Source of the DNA: Thiobacillus sp. UBA3361 | GTDB taxonomy: Bacteria; Pseudomonadota; Gammaproteobacteria; Burkholderiales; Thiobacillaceae | Length of the DNA stretch: 64,000 nucleotides | Reading direction: 5' to 3' | Assembly (NCBI GenBank): GCA_002360535.1 | Contig: DEQR01000003.1 | Location: 4,279-68,278, forward strand | In this document: positions 53,946-64,000 of the stretch, piece after piece | Layout: every line of letters begins with the position of its first letter | How positions within the stretch are numbered: position 1 is the first letter of the stretch | Program-made: the position numbers and the translations under genes | Notes under the pieces: model-generated | The model's database searches: none | Seen by the model: only the letters and a program-made list of their open reading frames with translations | Told to the model about the DNA's origin: nothing

Positions 53946-54986
53946 TTACAACACGCTTTCCGGATATGGCAGACGTTCCATCAGATAGCACAGGCAATCC
54001 AGCCGGATGGCATTCACATCACGGGTCAGCATGGCCGGCATCAGCCGCTTGCGCAGCCGGATGCGGCCCTCGCGACAATCGAAGTAGGCCTGGCTCACAT
54101 CCTCGCCCGCTTCGTTGCTCACATGCAGGGGGCAAGACTGGTCGGGACCGGCATGGGCCAGCACGCTGCCCGGCGCCAGCTCCCTGAAATTGAGCCGTTC
54201 CAGCTCCGGATCGAGACGCAGCTGCAGCCTGTCGTCCGCCTCAAAGCCAAACCGGATGTGTTCGGGGACCTTGACCGTAGCCACCGTGTGATACAGGTCC
54301 ACGTCCTGGGGCGGCAGGGGGTGGCTGGGTATCTGGGCCAGGTTGAGGCAGGCGTCCAGATAGTCAGCCGCGTGGTCGGTGCCATGCGCCATGCCCGGCT
54401 TGCCGCATTCCACGGTTACGGCCGGGCAATGGGGGGCGAAGGCGGCGGACTGCACCCCCAGGGGACGCACGAAATACACCACTGTGCGCGAGAACAGGCT
54501 GGCCAGATGCAAGAAGCCCTGCTCCAGACGGTTGACGCAGGCGTAGTGGGGATTGATGCCGGTGTTGTTGTGGATATCCAGGCTGGCGAAGACATCCCTG
54601 GCCAGCATCGCATCCACCACCTGGCACATGAGGGCGTGTTCCGCCGTGGGCGGCTGGTCACTGCCGGGCCAGACGCGGTTGAAGTCCGGCTGACCGTCCA
54701 GCCGGCGCAGGCCGGCGCGAGCCGCTTCGATGTTGCCGATGAACAGGGATAAAGCGCGGGGCAGGTGGGAGGACCGGTAGCGTCGCAGCACCTGCCGCAC
54801 GGCCAGCCAGCCGGTGTCCTCGTTGCCATGCAGAAGTACGGAGACGAACAGGGGTTCCGGCCTGCGGCCGGGAAGGTGGATCAGGGCAGGCCCCGGCAAC
54901 AGCCGGTGCAGTTCCGCCGCGGGCAGGTCCAACAGGCCTTCCGGCAGACGTTCATATTGATTCAATAGCGTATTCATCACGTCCAT
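53946..54986 (-). CDS. M14-like zinc hydrolase, succinylglutamate desuccinylase/aspartoacylase (AstE/AspA) family
   Basis: 346 aa. The HGNE zinc motif (VLLHGNEDTGW) and a later DIHNNTG are consistent with AstE/AspA-type carboxypeptidase-fold enzymes. The start is 54986 or 54977. Confidence 0.7.
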   Translation of the reverse strand: MDVMNTLLNQYERLPEGLLDLPAAELHRLLPGPALIHLPGRRPEPLFVSVLLHGNEDTGWLAVRQVLRRYRSSHLPRALSLFIGNIEAARAGLRRLDGQPDFNRVWPGSDQPPTAEHALMCQVVDAMLARDVFASLDIHNNTGINPHYACVNRLEQGFLHLASLFSRTVVYFVRPLGVQSAAFAPHCPAVTVECGKPGMAHGTDHAADYLDACLNLAQIPSHPLPPQDVDLYHTVATVKVPEHIRFGFEADDRLQLRLDPELERLNFRELAPGSVLAHAGPDQSCPLHVSNEAGEDVSQAYFDCREGRIRLRKRLMPAMLTRDVNAIRLDCLCYLMERLPYPESVL

Positions 54987-56407
54987 TCGTGCACCGGTGC
55001 CCCGGAGCGCTGATTTTCCAGATAGTCAGCCACCAGCCGCCGGACATCCCCGTCCACCCGCTCCAGGCGGTCGAGCTGCCAGTCCGCCCCCGTGCGCCCC
55101 GACGCGGCACGTGCCTCGATGACACCGAGGGCGCGCCGGATTTCCGACTCGGAAACCCCCAGGCGCTCCAATCCTGAGCGTGAGATGGGCAGCAACTCCT
55201 CCAGCAGCAGGGCGCGCACCGGCCGTTCGCGTCCCGCCGGCCATTGCAGGGTGGCTGCCAGACCGTGGCGGGCCGCCGCGTAGAAATTATCCCGCGCCAC
55301 AGCAAACGGCAGCATACCCGGCAGGTCCGCGCCGGAGTGCGCGAGCGCATGGGCAAGGCCCAGGCAAAAGGCCATGTTGCTCATCATATCGATTAGAGTC
55401 GGCCCACTGGGCAACACCCGCTGCTCGATGCGCACATGCGGTCTGCCCGTGGCATCGAAGCCCACCAGGGGACGCACCCAGCGCCAGATGGAGCCGTTGT
55501 GCAGACGCAGGTGGGCGAAGGTCTGCGGGGCGGCATCCTGGGACATGGGCAGCAGAACGGGATACAGCCGTTCGTTCTGGGCAAACAGCTCGACGATGCT
55601 GTCGCCCACGTAGCCCTGTCCGAAGCCGACCCGGCGCACCGAGTCCTCCCCCAGGCCGGCATAGCCCCCCAGTTCCACGGACTGCTCGAACAGCGGGATG
55701 CGCGTCTCCTGCCACAACCGGCGGCCGAACAGCAGCGGCGAGTTGACGCTGACGGCCAGCAATGGCGCGCTGATGGCCAGCATGGCGTTGAAATAGCGTC
55801 CGCTGACCGGCTCAGGCACTTGCAAATGGATCTGGAAGGAGGTGGTGGCCGCTTCCAGCATGACATCGGGGCACTCCGCCCGCAGACTGTCGCGGCCGTC
55901 GATGTGGATACTCACCGGCCGGCCCTGGCGTGCCTTCAGCACCTGCTCGTTGAGGGCTACGTAGCGGTTAGAATCGGTCATGTTGCCCAGGGTCATGTCC
56001 CCCTCCCCCACGGTGGGCAGGATGCCGATCATGGCCAGCATGGTGTCCATGCCGTGGGCCACCGCCTGGGCACGTGCCCAGGTGTCGGCCAATTCCTCTT
56101 CCAGGTCGCGCAGGGCGCCGGCTTGCAGAGGCACGGGCGCACCATTCAGCTCCACGTTGAACAGGGACAGTTCGGGCACCACCAGGGGATCGGCCAGGGC
56201 TGCCAGGAAGGGTTTGTTGGCAGGCTTGGGGTCACCGGCATGGTCCAGCAGCCAGGCCTCCAGTTCGAAGCCGGCGATCAAGCGCGGGTCGTCAATGCCT
56301 CCCGCCGCGGCGAGCCGGATCAAGGCATCGGTTTCCGTCGCCAGTCGCGTCCGGAAAAGTGCGAAATCCCCATCGCTGAAATGTGTCTTGGCAATTTCCT
56401 GACCCAC
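54977..56407 (-). CDS. glutamate--cysteine ligase family 2 (GCS2) carboxylate-amine ligase
   Basis: 476 aa. GFELEAWLLD..., TSFQIHLQV..., and RIEQRVLPSGPT resemble YbdK/GCS2-type ligases. The stop overlaps the start of the downstream M14-like gene. Confidence 0.7.
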   Translation of the reverse strand: MGQEIAKTHFSDGDFALFRTRLATETDALIRLAAAGGIDDPRLIAGFELEAWLLDHAGDPKPANKPFLAALADPLVVPELSLFNVELNGAPVPLQAGALRDLEEELADTWARAQAVAHGMDTMLAMIGILPTVGEGDMTLGNMTDSNRYVALNEQVLKARQGRPVSIHIDGRDSLRAECPDVMLEAATTSFQIHLQVPEPVSGRYFNAMLAISAPLLAVSVNSPLLFGRRLWQETRIPLFEQSVELGGYAGLGEDSVRRVGFGQGYVGDSIVELFAQNERLYPVLLPMSQDAAPQTFAHLRLHNGSIWRWVRPLVGFDATGRPHVRIEQRVLPSGPTLIDMMSNMAFCLGLAHALAHSGADLPGMLPFAVARDNFYAAARHGLAATLQWPAGRERPVRALLLEELLPISRSGLERLGVSESEIRRALGVIEARAASGRTGADWQLDRLERVDGDVRRLVADYLENQRSGAPVHEWT

Positions 56408-56536
56408 ATGCCACTCCTTGCCCCGGTGCTGTGCGAGCCGAGCATCGGATCGGCCTCGGCCCGGAAGGACACCTGGCCGTCCCCGCGGCGGTCAAACCGC
56501 TCTTGGAATGGGCCTGCGAACGGCTGGGGGTGCGGC

Positions 56537-56914
56537 TCAGTCCTGGAGCAGCTTCAGGATGTCGCCGATTTCCCGTTTCACGGCGGCCAGATCCAACTCA
56601 TCGGCATGCACCGCGCCTTCAGCATGCTCGACGGAAGCACCGCCCTCACTGGCCAGCCGGTTGCGCGCCCCACTGATGGTGAAGCCCTGTTCGTAAAGCA
56701 ATTCACGGATGCGCCGCACCAGCATGACCTCGTGATGCTGGTAATAACGCCGGTTGCCTCTGCGTTTGACGGGTTTGAGCTGGCTGAATTCCTGTTCCCA
56801 ATAGCGCAGCACGTGCGGCTTCACGCCGCACAACTCGCTGACCTCGCCGATGGTGAAATAACGCTTGGCGGGGATCGGCGGCAGTTCGCTACTCGGAATG
56901 TGTTCCTGCGACAT
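56537..56914 (-). CDS. MerR-family transcriptional regulator
   Basis: [25 protein letters not shown]...RRGNRRYY is a MerR helix-turn-helix. It occupies the conserved position downstream of ihfA. The 5' end overlaps the ihfA 3' end by 26 nt. Confidence 0.85.
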   Translation of the reverse strand: MSQEHIPSSELPPIPAKRYFTIGEVSELCGVKPHVLRYWEQEFSQLKPVKRRGNRRYYQHHEVMLVRRIRELLYEQGFTISGARNRLASEGGASVEHAEGAVHADELDLAAVKREIGDILKLLQD

Positions 56915-57200
56915 CGTGGTGGTCCTCCACCATGGCCTTGAGCTTGTGGCTGGCGTGGAAAGTAACCACGCGCCGGGCCGTGATGGGCATCTCTTCGCCC
57001 GTCTTGGGGTTGCGACCGGGACGCTGGGGTTTGTCGCGCAGTTGGAAATTGCCGAAGCCGGACAGCTTGACGCTGTCGCCCTTTTCCAGCGCGGTTCTCA
57101 CCTCGTCGAAAAAGGCCTCCACCATTTCCTTGGCCTCGCGTTTGTTGAGGCCCACCTTGTCGAAGAGCAGATTGGCGAGTTCCGCCTTGGTCAGGGTCAT
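56889..57200 (-). CDS. ihfA: integration host factor subunit alpha
   Basis: [81 protein letters not shown] is a canonical IHF-alpha sequence. Confidence 0.95.
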   Translation of the reverse strand: MTLTKAELANLLFDKVGLNKREAKEMVEAFFDEVRTALEKGDSVKLSGFGNFQLRDKPQRPGRNPKTGEEMPITARRVVTFHASHKLKAMVEDHHDVAGTHSE

Positions 57201-57217
57201 GCTGAGGGTCGCTCCGT

Positions 57218-59572
57218 TCAGGTACGCAGTCTGGCGGCGAAATGCTCGCTCAACAGCGCAAGCACACTCGTAACCGCGGCCTCGATTTCCGTTTCTGTAA
57301 GTGTTTTCTCAGTATGTTGTAACAACATGCTGAAAGCAAGGCTTTTTTTGCCGGGCTCCAACTCCTGCCCGCGATATACGTCGAAGAGCCGGAAATCAGT
57401 CACCAGGTCCGGCAGATTGGCGCTGATCCGCTCCTGAATCTCACCCACCCGCACGGCTTCATCCACCAGGACTGCCAAGTCGCGGCGGACAGCGGGCAAA
57501 CGGGAAATGGATTTGAACCTGGGCAGGTTGCGACCGCCGACCGCCCGCCAATCGATTTCGAACAGGATCGGTGCGCGCCCCAGATCGTATTCGCGCACCA
57601 GGGTCGGATGAAGCGCGCCCAACCAGCCCACCGGCTGACCGTCCAGCGACAACCGGGCACACTGTCCCGGATGCAGGGCCGGATGCGTTTCGGCGGTGAA
57701 GCCGGGCTTGCGCGGCGACAGCAGGGCCTCGACGTCGCCTTTCAGATCGAAGAAATCGGCCGGGCGGGTCTTTTCCCCCCATTGCTCGGCGAGAGTCGGG
57801 CCGTAAGCCAACCCAGCCAGCCGCATGGGCTGGCTGTCCATGTCCATGCCTGTGAAGCAACGCCCCACCTCGAAGATGCGCAGCCGCTCCTGTCCATGGT
57901 TCAGGTTGTGGCGCAGGGTTTGTACCAGCCCGGGCAACAGGCTGCCGCGCATGACAGCCATCTGGCTGGCGATGGGATTGAGCAGGGCAATCTGTTCACC
58001 ACCAACCAGGTCTTCCTGCATGGACTCCGAGATGAAGCTGTACGTTATGACTTCCTGATATCCCATTGAAGTCATGGTGTTTTTGACTTCAGACACCGAA
58101 CGGATGCTTTCCCCGGCCGGACGCATGTAGGCGGCGGCGCGCGGCGCCGCGGCAGGGATGGCGTCGTAGCCGTGCAGGCGCGCAACCTCTTCGATCAGAT
58201 CCACTTCGTGGCGCAGGTCGAAGCGGTGGCTGGGAGCGGAAACCCGCCAGGTTTCGCCTTCCGTCTCGATCGCCAGTCCGAGACGCGCCAGCAAAGCCCG
58301 CATCGTCTCGTCGCCAAGATCGATGCCCAGCAGCCGGCGTGCGCGCGCCGGGCGGAAAACGATGACGGCGGGTGGTATCGGCTTTCCGACCGTTTCCCGA
58401 CTCGGGCCTGCCTTGCCGCCGCAGATGTCGAGGATCAAACGGCTGGCGCGTTCCATGGCCCGGGCCGGCAATTCCGGATCGACGCCGCGCTCGAAGCGGT
58501 GCGAGGAGTCGCTGCCCAGGCCGAAAGCGCGCGCGCGGCCGGCGATGGCAGCCGGGGAGAAGTGGGCGGCTTCCAGAAAGATGTCGAGGGTGGACTCGGT
58601 GACCGACGAGGCCACTCCGCCCATGATGCCGGCCAGGGCCAGGGGGCCGCCGTCGTCGGCGATGACCAGGCTTTGCGCGTCGAGTTCGATGCTCTGCTCG
58701 TTGAGCAGGGCCAGTGTTTCTCCGGCCCGCGCCATACGTGCCTGGACGCTGCCACAAAGCTTGGCCAGGTCGAAGGCGTGCATCGGCTGGCCCAGTTCCA
58801 GCAGGACGTAGTTGGTCACGTCCACCACCGGGTGGATGGGCCGCATACCCGAGCGCTCCAGCCGCCGAACCATCCAGTCGGGGGTGTGGGCCTTGGGGTC
58901 GATGCCCCGGATGACACGGCCGTGATAGCGCGGGCAGGCCTCGGGGGCAGTGATCGCCACAGGGAAACTGTCATCGATGTCCGCCGCGACCGGATCGCAC
59001 GGCACCGCCTGCCTCAGCGTGCCGGTGATCGCCGCCACCTCGCGGGCGATCCCCTGCACGGAGAGGCAATCACCCCGGTTGGGGGTCAGTTTGAGGGTGA
59101 TGAGTTGGTCATCCAGGCCCAGGTAATCGCGCAGGCTGTCACCGACCGGCGCATCGGCAGGCAACTCCATGATGCCCTCGGCCGCTTCCGCGATGCCCAG
59201 TTCCTTGGCCGAGCAGAGCATCCCGGAGGATTCCACGCCCCGCACCTTGGCCTGCTTGATGCGGAAATCGCCGGGCAGCACCGCACCCACCTGCGCGCAG
59301 GCGGTCTTCAGGCCGGCACGGGCGTTGGGCGCGCCGCAAACGATGCGCAAGGGCTCGCCCTCCCCGACCCTGACCGTGCAGACCTGCAAGCGATCGGCGT
59401 CGGGATGCCGTTCGGCAGTGAGGATTTCCGCCACCACCACCGCGTCAAAGGGCGGCGCGGCGGGCTCCATGGCCTCCACCTCCAGGCCGGCCATGGTCAG
59501 CAGATGACCCAGTTGCCGGGTGTCGAGATCGGGATTGACCAGGCTGCGCAGCCAGGCTTCGGAGAATTGCAT
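57218..59572 (-). CDS. pheT: phenylalanine--tRNA ligase subunit beta
   Basis: 784 aa. N-terminal [33 protein letters not shown] and the tRNA-binding, B3/4, B5 and FDX-ACB order typical of PheT. Confidence 0.97.
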   Translation of the reverse strand: MQFSEAWLRSLVNPDLDTRQLGHLLTMAGLEVEAMEPAAPPFDAVVVAEILTAERHPDADRLQVCTVRVGEGEPLRIVCGAPNARAGLKTACAQVGAVLPGDFRIKQAKVRGVESSGMLCSAKELGIAEAAEGIMELPADAPVGDSLRDYLGLDDQLITLKLTPNRGDCLSVQGIAREVAAITGTLRQAVPCDPVAADIDDSFPVAITAPEACPRYHGRVIRGIDPKAHTPDWMVRRLERSGMRPIHPVVDVTNYVLLELGQPMHAFDLAKLCGSVQARMARAGETLALLNEQSIELDAQSLVIADDGGPLALAGIMGGVASSVTESTLDIFLEAAHFSPAAIAGRARAFGLGSDSSHRFERGVDPELPARAMERASRLILDICGGKAGPSRETVGKPIPPAVIVFRPARARRLLGIDLGDETMRALLARLGLAIETEGETWRVSAPSHRFDLRHEVDLIEEVARLHGYDAIPAAAPRAAAYMRPAGESIRSVSEVKNTMTSMGYQEVITYSFISESMQEDLVGGEQIALLNPIASQMAVMRGSLLPGLVQTLRHNLNHGQERLRIFEVGRCFTGMDMDSQPMRLAGLAYGPTLAEQWGEKTRPADFFDLKGDVEALLSPRKPGFTAETHPALHPGQCARLSLDGQPVGWLGALHPTLVREYDLGRAPILFEIDWRAVGGRNLPRFKSISRLPAVRRDLAVLVDEAVRVGEIQERISANLPDLVTDFRLFDVYRGQELEPGKKSLAFSMLLQHTEKTLTETEIEAAVTSVLALLSEHFAARLRT

Positions 59573-59581
59573 GGCGGGTCC

Positions 59582-61034
<1,453 letters not shown>

Positions 61035-61045
61035 GGTCTCTCTCC

Positions 61046-61243
61046 TTACGCGTAGGGCAGCATGGCGCGCACGTGGCCCATGTTGCTTTCGTGGACGGTT
61101 TCCATGCCGCGCAGGTTGCGTTTGCGCTTGGTGGACTTCTTGGTCAGGATGTGGCGCAGGAAGGCGTGGCTGCGCTTGACGCTGCCGCTGCCGCGCACCC
61201 GCAGGCGCTTCTTGGCGCCGCTCTTGGTCTTCATCTTGGGCAT
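61046..61243 (-). CDS. rpmI: 50S ribosomal protein L35
   Basis: [46 protein letters not shown]. Confidence 0.95.
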   Translation of the reverse strand: MPKMKTKSGAKKRLRVRGSGSVKRSHAFLRHILTKKSTKRKRNLRGMETVHESNMGHVRAMLPYA

Positions 61244-61389
61244 TGTTTGCTCCATTCATTCGATGCCGTGAGGTGGTTCCCAACGGGAACGCTTCACCAA
61301 CCTGTCGGCACTTATGGGTAAAACCCGGGTGCTGCTCGGTACTGCCTTGGCGCGGTTCGGAGGACCACGCCCGCCTCATGAAACTCGGC

Positions 61390-61911
61390 CTATTTCTTCT
61401 TCTTCGGCGCCAGCATCATCACCATCTGCCGGCCTTCCAGCTTGGGGAACTGCTCGACCACGCCAAGCTCCATCAAATCGCCCTCGACACGCTTGAGCTG
61501 GGCCATACCCAGTTCCTGGTGGGCCATCTCCCGGCCCCGGAAGCGCAGGGTCACCTTCACCTTGTCGCCCTCCTCCAGAAAGCGCGTCATGTTGCGCAGC
61601 TTGATCTGGTAGTCGTTTTCATCGGTGCCAGGCCGGAACTTGATTTCCTTGACCTGGATCTGCTTCTGCTTGAGCCTGGCCTCGTGCTGCTTCTTCTGCT
61701 CATGGTACTTGTACTTGCCATAGTCCATGACCTTGCAGACCGGGGGGCTGGCCTGGGGAGCGATCTCCACCAAATCCAGCTCGGCGTCTTCCGCCTTGGC
61801 CAGCGCTTCGCGCAAACTAACGATGCCCAATTGCTCACCGTCTTCCCCAACCAACCGAATCTGCGGCGCGTCGATCTCGCCGTTGATTCTTATCTCCTTG
61901 TCCAGTGCTAT
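61390..61911 (-). CDS. infC: translation initiation factor IF-3 (non-canonical ATA start)
   Basis: The conserved N-terminus [37 protein letters not shown] extends 19 codons upstream of the first GTG. The only plausible start is ATA at 61909-61911, 7 nt downstream of GGAAAGAGGGG, analogous to the AUU start of E. coli infC. Confidence 0.85.
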   Translation of the reverse strand: MALDKEIRINGEIDAPQIRLVGEDGEQLGIVSLREALAKAEDAELDLVEIAPQASPPVCKVMDYGKYKYHEQKKQHEARLKQKQIQVKEIKFRPGTDENDYQIKLRNMTRFLEEGDKVKVTLRFRGREMAHQELGMAQLKRVEGDLMELGVVEQFPKLEGRQMVMMLAPKKKK

Positions 61912-61990
61912 GTCGAAACCCCTCTTTCCATGAAGCCGGTGTCCGGCCCCAAAACATAGAGGAGCGGGCTAATCCAGCCGGCTCCTCCGC

Positions 61991-63883
61991 TCAACCCTCA
62001 CGCAGCCGCACGAGGAAGGTATCCAGGCTCATTTGCCCCAGATCCTCGCCACCGCGCGCGCGCACTGCGATCTTGCCTTCAGTGCGTTCCTTCTCGCCGA
62101 TGACGACCTGATAGGGCACGCGCTGCATGGAGTGTTCACGTATTTTATAGGTAATCTTCTCGTTCCTCAAGTCCGAAACGGCTCGGAAGCCTTGTTTTGT
62201 AAGGCCTTCCGTTACCTGCCGGGCATATTCCGCCTGGGCGTCGGTAATGCTCATCACCACCACCTGCACCGGCGCCAGCCAAATCGGGAAGTTGCCGGCG
62301 TGGTGTTCGATGAGGATGCCGATGAAACGCTCCATGGAGCCCAGGATGGCCCGGTGCAGCATCACCGGCGGCTTGCGGCTGTTGTCCTCGGCCACGAATT
62401 CGGCCCCCAGGCGCACGGGCAGGTTGAAATCCAGTTGGATGGTGCCGCACTGCCACAGCCGGCCCAGGGAGTCCTTCAGGGTGAACTCGATCTTGGGGCC
62501 GTAGAAGGCCCCTTCGCCCGGTTGCAGATCATAAGACAGGTGGTTCTGCTCCAGGGCCGCGGCCAGGGCGGCTTCGGCCTTGTCCCAGCTCTCGTCGGAA
62601 CCGACCCGCTTGTCCGGCCGGGTGGACAGCTTCACAAGGACGTCGTGGAAACCGAAGTCGGCATAGACCGATTGCAGCATCTGGATGAAGTCCGACACCT
62701 CGGACTGGATCTGCTCCTCGGCGCAGAAGATGTGGGCATCGTCCTGCACGAAGGCGCGTACCCGCATCAGGCCGTGCAGCGCCCCGGAGGGCTCGTTGCG
62801 GTGGCAGGCGCCGAACTCGGCGATGCGCAGCGGCAGGTCGCGGTAGGAACGCAGGCTGTGGTTGAAGATCTGCACATGGCCCGGGCAGTTCATGGGCTTC
62901 ACCGCGTAGTCCCGGTTCTCGGAGGCGGTGGTGAACATGTTTTCACGGTAGTTGTCCCAGTGGCCGGACTTTTCCCACAGGCTGCGGTCCATCACCGCCG
63001 GCGTCTTCACTTCCTGATAGCCGTATGCCCGGAATTTGGCGCGCATGTACTGTTCCACCTCCTGCCAGATCACCCAGCCGTGGGGGTGCCAGAACACCAT
63101 GCCGGGCGACTCCTCCTGCAGGTGGAACAGGTCCAGCTGCTTGCCCAGCCGACGGTGGTCGCGCTTTTCCGCTTCCTCCAGGCGGTGCAGGTATTCCTCC
63201 AAATCTTCCTTGCGCGCCCAGGCGGTACCGTAGATGCGTTGCAACATCTCGTTGCGCGAGTCGCCGCGCCAGTAGGCGCCGGCCACCTTCATCAACTTGA
63301 ATGCCTTCAGCTTGCCGGTGGAAGGCACATGCGGCCCGCGGCACAGGTCGATGAAGTCGCCTTCACGATACAGGGAGACATCCTGGTCGGCGGGGATGGA
63401 AGCGATGATCTCCGCCTTGTAGTGCTCGCCGATGGACTTGAAGTAGTCCACCGCCGCGTCCCGGTTCCACACCTCGCGGCTGACCGGAAAATCCTTCTTG
63501 GCCAGTTCCGCCATGCGCTTCTCGATGGCCGCCAGGTCCTCGGGGGTGAAGGGGCGTTTGTAGGAAAAGTCGTAGTAGAAGCCGTCCTCGATCACCGGAC
63601 CGATGGTCACCTGGGCATCCGGGAACAGTTCTTTCACCGCATAGGCCAGCAGGTGGGCGGTGGAGTGGCGGATCAGGTCCAGGCCGTCGGCGTCCTTGTC
63701 GGTGACGATGGCCAGATGCGCATCCCCCTCCATGACGTGGGAGGTATCCACCAGCTTGCCGTCCACCTTGCCGGCCAGGGCTGCGCGGGCCAGACCGGCA
63801 CCGATGCCGGCGGCCACCTGGGCGACGCTGACCGGCTGCTCGAAGGATCGGACCGAACCGTCGGGAAGGGTGATCTGAGGCAT
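61991..63883 (-). CDS. thrS: threonine--tRNA ligase
   Basis: 630 aa. TGS domain N-terminus ([24 protein letters not shown]), editing domain ([11 protein letters not shown]), class II core and an anticodon-binding domain. Confidence 0.97.
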   Translation of the reverse strand: MPQITLPDGSVRSFEQPVSVAQVAAGIGAGLARAALAGKVDGKLVDTSHVMEGDAHLAIVTDKDADGLDLIRHSTAHLLAYAVKELFPDAQVTIGPVIEDGFYYDFSYKRPFTPEDLAAIEKRMAELAKKDFPVSREVWNRDAAVDYFKSIGEHYKAEIIASIPADQDVSLYREGDFIDLCRGPHVPSTGKLKAFKLMKVAGAYWRGDSRNEMLQRIYGTAWARKEDLEEYLHRLEEAEKRDHRRLGKQLDLFHLQEESPGMVFWHPHGWVIWQEVEQYMRAKFRAYGYQEVKTPAVMDRSLWEKSGHWDNYRENMFTTASENRDYAVKPMNCPGHVQIFNHSLRSYRDLPLRIAEFGACHRNEPSGALHGLMRVRAFVQDDAHIFCAEEQIQSEVSDFIQMLQSVYADFGFHDVLVKLSTRPDKRVGSDESWDKAEAALAAALEQNHLSYDLQPGEGAFYGPKIEFTLKDSLGRLWQCGTIQLDFNLPVRLGAEFVAEDNSRKPPVMLHRAILGSMERFIGILIEHHAGNFPIWLAPVQVVVMSITDAQAEYARQVTEGLTKQGFRAVSDLRNEKITYKIREHSMQRVPYQVVIGEKERTEGKIAVRARGGEDLGQMSLDTFLVRLREG

Positions 63884-63916
63884 GAAGCGCTCCGCTATCG
63901 ATCTACAGGTTCAAGC

Positions 63917-63943
63917 AAAAAAAAAGTGCGGTCGGGCCGCACT
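63917..63943 (-). terminator. intrinsic terminator of the gene upstream of thrS (outside the window)
   Basis: Minus strand: AGTGCGG-CCCGA-CCGCACT followed by T9. Confidence 0.6.
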
Positions 63944-64000
63944 TTCTCTCTCAGGACTGCATCAGACGAGAACTCAACCCGCTCCAGGAACCCGAAGTGT

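Noticed and set aside
48075-56536. A genomic island integrated at tRNA-Val or tRNA-Pro.
   Set aside because: I recognise no integrase, no partial tRNA 3'-end direct repeat, and the flanking genes are core housekeeping genes of native-looking composition.
56889-56914. The 26-nt overlap between the ihfA 3' end and the MerR-like gene's 5' end, considered as a sign of a mis-called start or a frameshift.
   Set aside because: Both frames give full-length, family-typical proteins. There is no alternative ATG, GTG or TTG start downstream in the MerR frame before the helix-turn-helix, so the overlap is accepted as real.

Overview
High-G+C proteobacterial chromosomal segment; the gene order and protein sequences look beta- or gammaproteobacterial. 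It is densely coded on both strands, and I recognise no transposase, integrase, phage or CRISPR genes.

Housekeeping blocks:
- thrS-infC-rpmI-rplT-pheS-pheT-ihfA-merR-like
- surE-pcm-nlpD-rpoS
- dnaE, gltX, smc, dapC-dapD, queF, cimA
- earP-efp (the Arg32-rhamnosylation type of EF-P)
- tRNA-Val(CAC) and tRNA-Pro(GGG)

Between these blocks sits an unusually signalling-rich set of genes:
- a single-domain PilZ protein
- an HDOD/pseudo-receiver/GGDEF protein
- a globin-coupled multi-PAS GGDEF-EAL protein
- a multi-PAS HisKA_2 kinase translationally coupled to a REC-ANTAR regulator
- a stand-alone HDOD protein
- two chemoreceptors, one Aer-like with a PAS domain and one with a periplasmic CxxCH haem-c sensor

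I did not find a clear-cut new defence or mobile system. The observations most worth a second look are:
1. A G8 homopolymer that frameshifts the 5' end of the Aer-like chemoreceptor, which lies in a low-G+C islet.
2. Five perfect 17-bp tandem repeats that fill the queF leader.
3. An inverted array of TCAGC heptads between queF and a sugar kinase gene.
4. A single ORF fusing the tRNA deaminase TadA to a YkuD L,D-transpeptidase domain.
5. A 366-bp AT-rich spacer downstream of dnaE with the architecture of a small RNA (stem-loop, CU-rich tract, strong terminator).
6. Two enzyme pairs of unknown role: KamA-like radical SAM with an aminotransferase, and a GCS2 ligase with an M14/AstE-like hydrolase.

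All functional calls rest on motif and family recognition by eye. No searches or computations were run.
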